DNA of 64,000 bases from an uncultured Alphaproteobacteria bacterium (lineage in GTDB: Bacteria; Pseudomonadota; Alphaproteobacteria; RF32; CAG-239). Of the stretch, positions 28,592 through 38,068 are shown piece by piece. Where the stretch lies: positions 286 to 64,285 of the forward strand of contig CALXTD010000003.1 in the NCBI GenBank assembly GCA_944391315.1. Reading direction: 5' to 3'. The notes beneath the pieces are model-generated. The model saw nothing but the letters and a program-made list of their open reading frames with translations. It was not told the DNA's origin and ran no database searches. How positions within the stretch are numbered: the stretch's first letter is position 1; each line of letters opens with the position of its first letter. The position numbers were made by a program, and so were the translations under genes.

Positions 28592-29332
28592 ATGGAAAAA
28601 AGAACATTAGCAACAATGCTTGAACAACTAAAACACCTTTTCCCGATAGAGAAAAGATGTTACGCATCTTCAGATTATTCAGGAGATTATTTAAAGGAAC
28701 TGAATAATATCCCGCTGGAAGATGTAAAAAACAAGTTTATTCAGGTTTTGGAACAACAGCAAAGCGATCCGTCAGGAAAAATCAAAAATTACAAATACCT
28801 AATAGTCTATGGCGACGCGCTGGTCTCGGGAGTGTATGCTGTCTATGCTCAGCGTGAAATACAACGCTTGTATGGAGAAAATGCCGAAATAGTTATCGTG
28901 CAGCACCATGCTACTGAAAAAAGAAAAGACAGTCTGGCCGCCAAGCAAATGCTTGAACGATTAGGTGCAAAAGTAGCTACAATAATCGATGACGAAGAAC
29001 TCGACGAGATGGATAACAGTCGCAATTTGTTGTTTGTTCCGCAGCATCGTGTGATTCACGCTAAAGAAAACATTTCAAACTCTACCGATATTTATACGAT
29101 ACCGGAAGAAGAGGTTCGAATTTATGATTATGATTTGGCTATCTATTATGTTGATTGTGGAATGGAAATATTCCGCAGAAGGAAACAGCATCAAACAGAT
29201 GTTGCTGACTGGAAAAGCTTTTTGCGAGAACATTTCTCTCAAAATGGAGCGCAATCAATTGATGCCAGTCAGACAATAGTTTCGCAGGTTGCTAAACATT
29301 TGCCGAGGCTTAAGCTTCTGTATGAGATTTAA
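28592..29332 (+). CDS. Hypothetical protein (no recognisable family)
   Basis: 246-aa ORF filling the whole space between two terminators. No motif recognised and no obvious SD. Confidence 0.6.
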   Translation: MEKRTLATMLEQLKHLFPIEKRCYASSDYSGDYLKELNNIPLEDVKNKFIQVLEQQQSDPSGKIKNYKYLIVYGDALVSGVYAVYAQREIQRLYGENAEIVIVQHHATEKRKDSLAAKQMLERLGAKVATIIDDEELDEMDNSRNLLFVPQHRVIHAKENISNSTDIYTIPEEEVRIYDYDLAIYYVDCGMEIFRRRKQHQTDVADWKSFLREHFSQNGAQSIDASQTIVSQVAKHLPRLKLLYEI

Positions 29333-29360
29333 AAAACAGGGGGAAACCCCTGTTTTTTTT
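29331..29360 (+). terminator. Canonical rho-independent terminator
   Basis: CAGGGG-gaaa-CCCCTG followed by 8 T. Overlaps the stop of the 28592..29332 ORF. Confidence 0.8.
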
Positions 29361-29427
29361 GTTGAGAATTAAAGAAAAAAATGATATAAAAGTCAGCAAA
29401 ATATATAAATTGAATAGGAGATATGGA

Positions 29428-30276
29428 ATGGAGCAAAGGACTATTAAAATAGGTAATTTTGAAATAGGAAACAAACTTCCGATAGCATTACTTGCCGGTC
29501 CATGCCAAATAGAAAGCCGCCAGCACGCCATAGATATGGCAGGCAGCCTGATTGAAATAACTAAAGAATTAGGAATTAACTATATTTTTAAGGCCTCTTT
29601 TGATAAAGCCAACCGCAGCTCAATAAACACGGCAAGAGGAGTTGGTCTGGAAGAGGGTTTAAGAACATTTGACGAAATTAAAAAATTATATAATCATGTT
29701 CCAATAGTAACCGATATTCACGAAAAAGAACAGTGTGCAATTGTCGCACCATATGTTGATATATTGCAGATACCTGCATTTTTGTGTCGCCAAACAGACT
29801 TGGTTGTTGCCGCAGCCAAGACAGGAAAAGTTATTAATATCAAAAAAGGACAGTTTTTAGCGCCTTGGGATATGAAGAATATCGTCAAAAAGTCAGAAGA
29901 CAGCGGAAATATGAATGTCTGCGTCACCGAAAGAGGCGCTAGCTTTGGATATAATACATTGGTAACAGACTTTAGAGGATTGCCACGTATGGCAAAAGAC
30001 ACGGGCTGTCCGGTTATTTTTGATGCCACCCATTCAGTACAACAGCCCGGTGGCTTAGGCGGTACTTCCGGTGGCCAAAGAGAATACGCACCGGTTCTGG
30101 CGCGTGCAGCAGTTGCAGTCGGAGTAGCCGCCGTATTTATAGAAACACATGATAATCCGGATAAAGCCTTGTCCGATGGCCCGAATATGATTCCTCTGCA
30201 CGAAATGAAACGTGTTTTGAGTGAGTTACAGGCTTATGATAAGATAACCAAAACAATAACCAAGCTAGATTATTAA
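29428..30276 (+). CDS. kdsA: 3-deoxy-8-phosphooctulonate (KDO8P) synthase
   Basis: Start set at ATG 29428 (AGGAG 7 nt upstream); the track ORF starts at an upstream TTG inside the terminator. [29 protein letters not shown]. Confidence 0.93.
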   Translation: MEQRTIKIGNFEIGNKLPIALLAGPCQIESRQHAIDMAGSLIEITKELGINYIFKASFDKANRSSINTARGVGLEEGLRTFDEIKKLYNHVPIVTDIHEKEQCAIVAPYVDILQIPAFLCRQTDLVVAAAKTGKVINIKKGQFLAPWDMKNIVKKSEDSGNMNVCVTERGASFGYNTLVTDFRGLPRMAKDTGCPVIFDATHSVQQPGGLGGTSGGQREYAPVLARAAVAVGVAAVFIETHDNPDKALSDGPNMIPLHEMKRVLSELQAYDKITKTITKLDY

Positions 30277-30280
30277 ACGA

Positions 30281-30997
30281 ATGCAATTTTCTGATGAAGG
30301 ATATATCATAAAGACGCGTCGCCATGGAGAAAGCGGGTTAATATTAACCGTATTAACCCGCTCAAACGGCAAAATAAGCGGCTATGTGAAAAATGCCTTC
30401 AGCACGAAAAAAAATGGGATATATCAACTTGGTAATTGCATAAGTTTAAACGCCTACACAAGGCTGGAAGAAAATTTATATAGCTTTCATGTTGATTTAC
30501 TGAGGGCCGAGGCTGTAAATTTTATGACAGACGAAGCCAAGCTCTCTGCTTTAGGAGCTTTATGCGAGTTGTGTAACACCTGTTTGCCGGAAAAAGACAA
30601 TATAGGATTGTTTTACAATACGATAGAGAACTTTTTTAATAATATACTTGAAGATAATTGGAGAACATATTATTCTTACTTTGAATTTTCTCTTTTGGAT
30701 TATCTCGGGATAGGCTTGGACTTGAGTGAATGCGCCGTAACCGGAAGTCACGAAAACTTAAAATATGTTTCTCCAAAAAGCGGAAAAGCCGTTAGCGCCA
30801 CAGCCGGAGCGCCTTATGCCGACAGATTATTTCTTTATCCGAGCTATATTCTTGAAAAAAAAGAAAATCCCAAACCTCAAGAAATTGGAGAAGTTCTTAA
30901 GCTTACGGAGTTTTTCCTGAATAAAAATTTTTTTCAAGCACATGGCTTGAAATTTCCTGAAAACCGTGCTAATTTGCGACATATTATGCAACTTTAA
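30281..30997 (+). CDS. recO: DNA repair protein RecO
   Basis: 238 aa. The N-terminus DEGYIIKTRRHGESGLILTVLTR matches the alphaproteobacterial RecO pattern (DEGIIL..RRHGES...VLT) as I recall it. Confidence 0.85.
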   Translation: MQFSDEGYIIKTRRHGESGLILTVLTRSNGKISGYVKNAFSTKKNGIYQLGNCISLNAYTRLEENLYSFHVDLLRAEAVNFMTDEAKLSALGALCELCNTCLPEKDNIGLFYNTIENFFNNILEDNWRTYYSYFEFSLLDYLGIGLDLSECAVTGSHENLKYVSPKSGKAVSATAGAPYADRLFLYPSYILEKKENPKPQEIGEVLKLTEFFLNKNFFQAHGLKFPENRANLRHIMQL

Positions 30998-31017
30998 TTA
31001 ACGAAGCGAATATTAAG

Positions 31018-33255
31018 ATGACAGAACAACCTATTGAAACAGAAGAAAAAATAAAAAGTGTTCACTTAGCTGAAGAGTTGAGTAGCCGCTACTTGTCTTA
31101 TGCAATGTCGACAATAGTTTCGCGTTCGCTTCCTGATGTTCGTGATGGATTAAAGCCGGTTCACCGCCGTTTGCTGTTTGCCATGAGGCAGTTGCACCTC
31201 GATCCTAAATCTGGATTCAAAAAATGCGCCAGAGTAGTCGGTGATGTCATCGGTAAATATCACCCGCATGGTGACACGGCCGTTTATGGCGCAATGGTCA
31301 GATTAGCACAAGATTTTTCAGTGCGTTATCCGCTGGTTGATGGACAAGGAAACTTTGGTAATATTGATGGTGATGGTGCCGCCGCCATGCGTTATACCGA
31401 AGCCAGATTGACCGAATTTGCCATGGCCTTAATGGAAGGCCTGAACGAAAACGCCGTTGATTTCAGAGAAACTTATGACGGAGAAGAAGAAGAGCCAGTT
31501 GTTATGCCCTCAATGGTGCCAAATTTGCTCTGCAACGGTTCAACCGGTATTGCCGTTGGTATGGCAACCAATATTCCGCCGCATAATCTGAGTGAAGTCT
31601 GTGATGCATTGCTGTATTTAATCGAAAATCCAGATTGTGAAATAGAACCGCTTGTCAGACGCATCAAAGGTCCTGATTTTCCGACCGGAGGCATAATTGT
31701 CGACAAGTTTGAAACGATTTTAAATAATTACAAACAGGGAAGAGGATTTTTCCGTATCAGAGCTAAGTGGGAAACAGAAGATTTAGGCCACGGGCAATAT
31801 CAAATTGTTGTTAAAGAAATCCCTTATCAGGTTATAAAATCAAAATTAATTGAAAAAATAGCCGAACTTCTGTTTGATAAAAAAGTTCCGTTATTGTCCG
31901 ATGTCCGAGATGAATCAGCGCAAGACATCAGAATAGTCCTTGAGCCAAAGAACAGAACGGTTGATGCAAATCTGCTGATGGAGCATTTGTTCCGCCAGAC
32001 AGATTTGGAAACACGTTTTAGTATGAATATGAATGTGTTAGACCACGAAGGTGTACCGCATGTCATGGACATCAAACAGGTTTTGCGCGAGTTTTTGGAT
32101 CATAGACATATTGTTTTACAAAGACGCGTTAAATACCGCTTGGACAAGATAAATGCACGATTGGAAATTCTGTCGGGATATTTGATTGCCTATCTGAATT
32201 TGGATGAAATCATCAGAATAATCCGCGAAGAAGATGATGCCAAGGGCGTTATGATGGCTCGTTTCGGTCTGACCGAAAATCAGGCAGAAGCCATACTAAA
32301 TATGAAATTGCGTTCGCTCCGTAAGCTGGAAGAAGAAGAAATTCGTGAAGAATACAATGACTTAAGCGCCGAAAAGGAACAACTTGAAGAACTTATCGGC
32401 AGCGAGGCAAAACGCTGGGAGGCAATCGCCGGAGAAATTAAGCAGATTAAAGAAAAGTTTGGCAAAAAGACGGCTTTAGGACGCCGCCGCACAGAGTTTG
32501 CCGAAGTTTCTGAGGATGTGGAAGTTCCGCTTGAAGCAATTATTGAAAAAGAACCGATTACGATAATTCTATCACAAAAAGGTTGGATTAGATGCCTAAA
32601 AGGCTATGTCGACTTGAATGAAGACTTTAAATTCAAAGACGATGATGCTTTGCAGGTTGCAATTCACGCCCAAACGACTGATAAGATTATAATTTTTGAT
32701 ACAGCCGGAAAATTTTATACCATTGCCGCCAATGAAATCCCAAGCGGCCGCGGCTTTGGTCAGCCTTTGCGCTTAATGATAGATTTGGGCATATCGGATT
32801 CTGTCTGCGCAATGTTTGTTTTTGAACCCGGAGCCAGTTATGTGATTGCATCTAATATCGGTCGCGGCTTTGTCGTTGATGAAAATCATATATTGGCCCA
32901 GACCAAAAACGGCCGTAAGATAATGAATGTCGCAGAGGGTGAGGTTGCACGCTTCTGCCGTAAGATAACCGGCGATATGATTGCCATTATCGGCGAAAAC
33001 CGCAAGTTACTGGTCTTTAAAATTGAAGAAATTCCGACCATGGCCAGAGGACGTGGCGTTACTTTGCAAAAATACAAAGACGGCGGCTTGTCGGATTTGC
33101 AAATTTTCAAAGAGGCCGAAGGCTTTACTTATACGCGTGCCGGCGGCACCAAGACCGAAACCGACTTGCTGACCTGGCTTGGACATCGTGCTCAGATTGG
33201 AAAATTAGCACCTTTTGGCTTTCCTAAGAGCAACAAGTTTTTGAAAGAAGACTAA
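31018..33255 (+). CDS. parC: DNA topoisomerase IV subunit A
   Basis: 745 aa. [33 protein letters not shown]. No GyrA box and a shorter C-terminal domain than the gyrA in this window. Confidence 0.95.
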   Translation: MTEQPIETEEKIKSVHLAEELSSRYLSYAMSTIVSRSLPDVRDGLKPVHRRLLFAMRQLHLDPKSGFKKCARVVGDVIGKYHPHGDTAVYGAMVRLAQDFSVRYPLVDGQGNFGNIDGDGAAAMRYTEARLTEFAMALMEGLNENAVDFRETYDGEEEEPVVMPSMVPNLLCNGSTGIAVGMATNIPPHNLSEVCDALLYLIENPDCEIEPLVRRIKGPDFPTGGIIVDKFETILNNYKQGRGFFRIRAKWETEDLGHGQYQIVVKEIPYQVIKSKLIEKIAELLFDKKVPLLSDVRDESAQDIRIVLEPKNRTVDANLLMEHLFRQTDLETRFSMNMNVLDHEGVPHVMDIKQVLREFLDHRHIVLQRRVKYRLDKINARLEILSGYLIAYLNLDEIIRIIREEDDAKGVMMARFGLTENQAEAILNMKLRSLRKLEEEEIREEYNDLSAEKEQLEELIGSEAKRWEAIAGEIKQIKEKFGKKTALGRRRTEFAEVSEDVEVPLEAIIEKEPITIILSQKGWIRCLKGYVDLNEDFKFKDDDALQVAIHAQTTDKIIIFDTAGKFYTIAANEIPSGRGFGQPLRLMIDLGISDSVCAMFVFEPGASYVIASNIGRGFVVDENHILAQTKNGRKIMNVAEGEVARFCRKITGDMIAIIGENRKLLVFKIEEIPTMARGRGVTLQKYKDGGLSDLQIFKEAEGFTYTRAGGTKTETDLLTWLGHRAQIGKLAPFGFPKSNKFLKED

Positions 33256-33435
33256 ATGTCTGAGATTTTGTTTGAATATGTCCGGCAAGGAAATTTTGTA
33301 AAAGTAACGGCAATAGAGGCTGAAACACAAATTGAGGCCAGCGTTGTCGTTCCCGCCGGACTAAGTCAAGAACAAATGCAGATTCAGGCTTTAAGACGCT
33401 TAAAATATGTCATGGAAAAACAAAGCCGAGAATAA
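33256..33435 (+). CDS. Small conserved-looking protein, 59 aa (below the ORF-track cutoff)
   Basis: ATG immediately after the parC stop. MSEILFEYVRQGNFVKVTAIEAETQIEASVVVPAGLSQEQMQIQALRRLKYVMEKQSRE. Resembles a small alphaproteobacterial family of the type E..F......VKV.AID..TG.EV...GP (recollection only). Confidence 0.45.
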   Translation: MSEILFEYVRQGNFVKVTAIEAETQIEASVVVPAGLSQEQMQIQALRRLKYVMEKQSRE

Positions 33436-33545
33436 GGCTGTGAATAAGTTTGTTATAAACGCTTAAAGCACTTTAAATTCAAAAAAAATAAGATTAAAAT
33501 GCTCCCAGATTTTAAGTTAATTTGGGGAACAGGGGATTTATATTT

Positions 33546-36500
33546 ATGTCGACTAATGAATCAAATAAAAACACGACAATAACGACTACTCCGGAATTAG
33601 ATAACAAACAAACCTGGCTAAGCAATAATTTGTACCAACTGATGATTTGGACAAGTGTAGCATGGTTTGGCATTGTGCTGTTTTACATCAGCCAGTTTTT
33701 CGGTTGGTCTAACCTGTTTCTGATGATGCCGGATGAATTTGGCGGATTTTTAGCCGGTGTAACACTGCCTTTGGCGATATTGTGGGTTGTTGTGGCCTAT
33801 ATTGACCGTGGAACAAGCTTCAAGACCGAGGCCAGATTGCTGAGAAGTTATATGAACCAGCTTGTTTATCCGGAAGAGGGCGCAGCCCAAACAGCTAAGG
33901 CAATGGCAGACGGCATTCGCTCACAGGTTGTTGAATTACAAAATGCAACCAAATTGGCAACCGAGCAAAGCCAAAAGATAAAAGAGGAATTAAATGCACG
34001 GGTAGAAGATTTTGCCGGCATTATTTCAACTTTGGATAAATATTCATCACAAACGGTCGGGCAGTTGTCTGATACCTTAAAGCAGCTGACCACATCATTT
34101 GAGATGATGAATGAAAAAGCCTTGTCCCATAGTGGAAACTTAAAAAATATCGGAGCTGAGGTTTCTGGCATATTTGCGCAGATGAACAAAGAAGCAGATA
34201 TGTTTGTCAAAAATGTTTTACCGAATATCAATGAGGTAAAATATTCGGCAGAATTGCTCGAAAAAGCTACCAAAGAGAGCAATGCTCGCATGATAAAGGC
34301 AAATGAGACAATCTTAGAGTTAGCCGATAAATCTCATAACAGCATTGAAAAAGCATCAGAAATTTTGGAGTCTCAGGCTCAAAAAATTGCTTTGATATCA
34401 GAAAAGGCTGTCAGCGAATGCGACAAGATGAGACAAAATATTGATAATAGTGTCAATTCTTTGGCCGATGTTATGCAAAGCCAAAACAATACGATGAAAG
34501 GCTATGTTGAAACCTTAAACCAAAACGCAGATACTTTGGGGCAAAAATTTGCCGAGCAAGGAGACGTTGTTAAGGCTGAGATTGATAAAATTATTTCAAG
34601 AGCGGGTATGGCAGAAGAAAGCATCGCCATCCAAGTCCGCGAATTAAACAGTGTTTCAGAAGAAATCAATAATATTATGCAAGCTGTTCAGTCTGATATC
34701 AAGGAACACAGTGAACTCTTAGAAAAAACAACGGATATTGCTCAGAAAAATACTGATATTGTTATAGAAAGCCTCAAAAAAGAGGCTTCTGCCGTTGCTG
34801 AAACAGCAGATCAGTCAATCTTGAAGTTAAATTCCGTCAATGAGACTTTAAAGGGTAATCAAGCGCAAATAAAAGAAGCAGAACAAGAGACCGCAAACAG
34901 AATACAGGTTACAGCACAAGATTTACAGCAAAAATCCGCATTGTTGCAAAACACTGCCGATACAGCAGTAAAAGCCTTAGAACAAATTTCACAGACAATG
35001 AAGAAAAATGCCGAAAGCATTGGCGAAACTTCATCATTAGTTGTAACTCAGAGCAAAATAAGCGAAAACTCTTTGACCCAGCAACAGCGTATTATCAGCA
35101 CATCAGTCAACCATATTGAAGAGATGAAAGGCGAACTCAAGAGAGAAATTGAAGAGCTGAGCCGCATTTCAAATATGATGGGTGAAGATGCTAAAGATAC
35201 AATAAAGAGCTTAAAAGAACAAATAGAAGCTACTTACGCCGTATCAGAAGACATTATCGGAAAAACAAATGAACTCAAACAAGAATTCAAATCTCAAGCC
35301 GATGATATGTCAAGTCTGGTCGATATAACTTGCAATAAAATGAAGGTTGTTAACGATAATCTTGAAAGCCATTATCAAAAGATTGACAATCTGAATGACA
35401 GCATTGAAAGCAAGACAACCAACTTAACACATATGTTGTCATTGCAAACAGAGATGATAAACAAATCATCAGAAGCCTCTGAAAAAACACATAAAGACTT
35501 GCTTAACTCCTTTAGCAAGCAAAGCAACATGCTAAGCAATATGGCTGAAACAACAATTGGTTATGTGACAGACGTCATAAAAGCATTTGACGAAAAAGCT
35601 GAAATGATTAACCTATTGTTTAAACAGCAAGAAGGCGAGTTTTTCGATATTTGTGATAAAATTTCAGAGAATACAAATAATATCGGCAGCGCCATGAAAA
35701 AACAAATTTCTATCATTGAACAAAGCGCCGATAGAGTTTTCTCAAGATTAGCAATATTGGAAGAAGATGCCAGCAAGCGTTCAAACTTCATTAATAGCAG
35801 CGTAGAGCAGTCTATAGATAAATTGCTCAAGATAAACGAAGCTGTAGAAGCACAAAATGATGCTGTTGTCAGAATAATTAATGGCATGCAAGATAAAATG
35901 CAGCAAGTTACGGATGATTTTAACCAAAACATATCATCTTTTGCTGAGATTTTTGACCAGGTTAAAGAAGGCGCAGACAATGTTTCAGCCGGCATTATGG
36001 ATAATTGCCGCCGCCTTGAGGCTGCGAATGAGAGCATGGCTTCCGGCAGTAAAGACATTGCCATGATTATGGAAGGCCATATAAAGACCTTGGATGAAGC
36101 TTTAATTAAAACCCAATCTCAGGCAGAAAGTATAAAAGAAAGCCTTACCCAACAGTCTGAAAGCATAAAAGATGTCGTAAATGTTGTTTCAACCCAAACC
36201 AGACTGGGCGAGGCCTCTTTGGCACAGCAGTATAAGTACTTGTCTGAAGCGTCAACAAACGTCGCACAACAGCTTAATGAAATCAGTGAGCAGATAAAAA
36301 ATAGCGGTGAAAACATCACAGAAATTACCACCAAAGCTGGATATAATATAGATTCTCTTGGCGATAAGATGCTAAAAATCGGAGAAGATATCTCCAAAGC
36401 AACCAAAGCCTCTGTTAAAAATATTGAACAAGTTGGCTTGTCATTATCTCAAAGCTCTGAGGATTTGACAAAGACGGTAGAAGTTTCAAATCAAAAAGTC

Positions 36501-37505
36501 AGCGCCGTTATGAAGGATTATGAAAAATATTTGGCCGGCTTTAATACCGTAACCGCAGAAGCCAGCACCGGTGTTATTGAGATAAATAATCTGATATCAG
36601 AACAAAATGATAAGATGTTGAATTTGTCAGAAGGCACCAAAGAGCTGGTAACCTACTTTAATACTGTGTTAAATGATGCCTCAATGGTCTTGTCTGACAG
36701 AGCCAATCAGGCTTACGACAAGGTAAAAGGCCTTGGCGATAGTTTGAAAAAGCTGGGCATACAGCTTGATGAAATGACTAAACAAAGCGCCGGCAGCTTA
36801 GAAAATGCCGGAAATAAGCTGAGAGCATCTATTGGCGAAATTTCTTCAAATGCAGAAAGAGTTGCCAATGACATCCGCTCTTCCGGAGAAATCTTCTTAA
36901 AACAGTCAAATGTCTTGGTTGCGGCAAGTGATGATTCAATTAGTAAAGTAACTGAGGTCGTTGGCTCTTTAAGCAATGCGTCAAAAGAGTTCACTGCCCA
37001 AGGAGAAGATATTCTCCAAAAGTCAAACGGCTTTAATGCATTGTTCAAAAAACAACTTCAAATTTTAACGGATACATCATCAAAAGCTGAGCTAAAATTG
37101 AAGGATTTAGAAAAGCTTTATGAAGGCATGAGGGTAGACAGCTTCTTAAGAAACGCCTCTTATGTTCTGGAAAAACTTGAATCGGCAGCTGTTGACATTA
37201 ACCGGATATTCAACCCCGGCGTAGAAGAAGAACTCTGGAAAAAGTATTATAACGGAGATACTTCAGTGTTCGTCAGACATCTTGCCAGAACAATGAGCCG
37301 GAGCCAAATTGTCGGCATTAAGACTGAATTTGAAAAGAATGCAGAATTCAGAGACGTTGTCACCCGCTATCTGACAGATTTTGAAAGTCTGGTAGGAAAA
37401 GCCAAAGACAGCGAAAAATCAGGACTTCTGTTGTCAGTTATTTCAGGGGCTGATGTCGGTAAACTCTATTATGTATTAGCAAAAGCATTGGATAGAATTA
37501 ACTAA
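33546..37505 (+). CDS. Giant membrane-anchored coiled-coil protein (unknown function)
   Basis: ATG 33546 with AGGGGA upstream (1319 aa). Two N-terminal hydrophobic helices. More than 1000 aa are Q/S/E/K/N/A-rich with almost no Pro. The C-terminal ~130 aa is aromatic-containing (EELWKKYYNGDTSVFVRHLARTMS). Confidence 0.8.
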   Translation: MSTNESNKNTTITTTPELDNKQTWLSNNLYQLMIWTSVAWFGIVLFYISQFFGWSNLFLMMPDEFGGFLAGVTLPLAILWVVVAYIDRGTSFKTEARLLRSYMNQLVYPEEGAAQTAKAMADGIRSQVVELQNATKLATEQSQKIKEELNARVEDFAGIISTLDKYSSQTVGQLSDTLKQLTTSFEMMNEKALSHSGNLKNIGAEVSGIFAQMNKEADMFVKNVLPNINEVKYSAELLEKATKESNARMIKANETILELADKSHNSIEKASEILESQAQKIALISEKAVSECDKMRQNIDNSVNSLADVMQSQNNTMKGYVETLNQNADTLGQKFAEQGDVVKAEIDKIISRAGMAEESIAIQVRELNSVSEEINNIMQAVQSDIKEHSELLEKTTDIAQKNTDIVIESLKKEASAVAETADQSILKLNSVNETLKGNQAQIKEAEQETANRIQVTAQDLQQKSALLQNTADTAVKALEQISQTMKKNAESIGETSSLVVTQSKISENSLTQQQRIISTSVNHIEEMKGELKREIEELSRISNMMGEDAKDTIKSLKEQIEATYAVSEDIIGKTNELKQEFKSQADDMSSLVDITCNKMKVVNDNLESHYQKIDNLNDSIESKTTNLTHMLSLQTEMINKSSEASEKTHKDLLNSFSKQSNMLSNMAETTIGYVTDVIKAFDEKAEMINLLFKQQEGEFFDICDKISENTNNIGSAMKKQISIIEQSADRVFSRLAILEEDASKRSNFINSSVEQSIDKLLKINEAVEAQNDAVVRIINGMQDKMQQVTDDFNQNISSFAEIFDQVKEGADNVSAGIMDNCRRLEAANESMASGSKDIAMIMEGHIKTLDEALIKTQSQAESIKESLTQQSESIKDVVNVVSTQTRLGEASLAQQYKYLSEASTNVAQQLNEISEQIKNSGENITEITTKAGYNIDSLGDKMLKIGEDISKATKASVKNIEQVGLSLSQSSEDLTKTVEVSNQKVSAVMKDYEKYLAGFNTVTAEASTGVIEINNLISEQNDKMLNLSEGTKELVTYFNTVLNDASMVLSDRANQAYDKVKGLGDSLKKLGIQLDEMTKQSAGSLENAGNKLRASIGEISSNAERVANDIRSSGEIFLKQSNVLVAASDDSISKVTEVVGSLSNASKEFTAQGEDILQKSNGFNALFKKQLQILTDTSSKAELKLKDLEKLYEGMRVDSFLRNASYVLEKLESAAVDINRIFNPGVEEELWKKYYNGDTSVFVRHLARTMSRSQIVGIKTEFEKNAEFRDVVTRYLTDFESLVGKAKDSEKSGLLLSVISGADVGKLYYVLAKALDRIN

Positions 37506-38068
37506 TGGGAATTTCTGTAACACAAGGCTATCAGCTTGAGATTGATAAGCTTCTGCAAAGCATAGGCGCCAGCGCCGAACGCTTAAGCGGAAAGGAGAGC
37601 TTTTCTGTTGCGCAGGAGGCAAAAAATCAAGCGATTCCTGCAGAAATTTCTTTCGGACAAGCTTATTTAGAACCCAAAGCCTCGTTCACGGTACAAGAAT
37701 ATGTGTCCGATAATCCCTTGCAAGAAAGCGCTGCCGAAAAATATCGGAAAAGCTTGTATAACAAGCCAGATAAAGAAAAAAATCTTGAATCGGCAGAAAC
37801 ATCAGGGCTTGATTTTTCAGAAATATTAAACCGCCTTGGAACGGAAAATAAAGTTGAAGCCTATGATAAAGTAGCGCAAAGCTATATACAACCACAAGAA
37901 AATGCCGGACTAAATGCAAATATTATGAATATGACAAAAGAGTTTTCATATTCAACCCTTGATTATGCGGTAAATACATATAATTATGTACAAGACATAA
38001 ACCGCCAACCGCATATTCTGATTGATTTTATGCACGAATATAACCGTAATTATAATTTTGAGGCCTAA
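37505..38068 (+). CDS. Hypothetical protein, 187 aa
   Basis: ORF with TAATG overlaps at both ends (start with the coiled-coil gene stop, stop with the dusB start). No motif recognised. Confidence 0.6.
   Translation: MGISVTQGYQLEIDKLLQSIGASAERLSGKESFSVAQEAKNQAIPAEISFGQAYLEPKASFTVQEYVSDNPLQESAAEKYRKSLYNKPDKEKNLESAETSGLDFSEILNRLGTENKVEAYDKVAQSYIQPQENAGLNANIMNMTKEFSYSTLDYAVNTYNYVQDINRQPHILIDFMHEYNRNYNFEA

Noticed and set aside
33866-37048. Several long antisense ORFs within the coiled-coil giant (33866..34291, 35561..36064, 36119..36406, 36713..37048)
   Set aside because: Stop-free antisense frames are expected opposite a gene built from GAA/CAA/AAA/GCA-type codons. Their products are Ser/Leu/Phe-rich nonsense, and the sense frame is one uninterrupted 1319-codon ORF.
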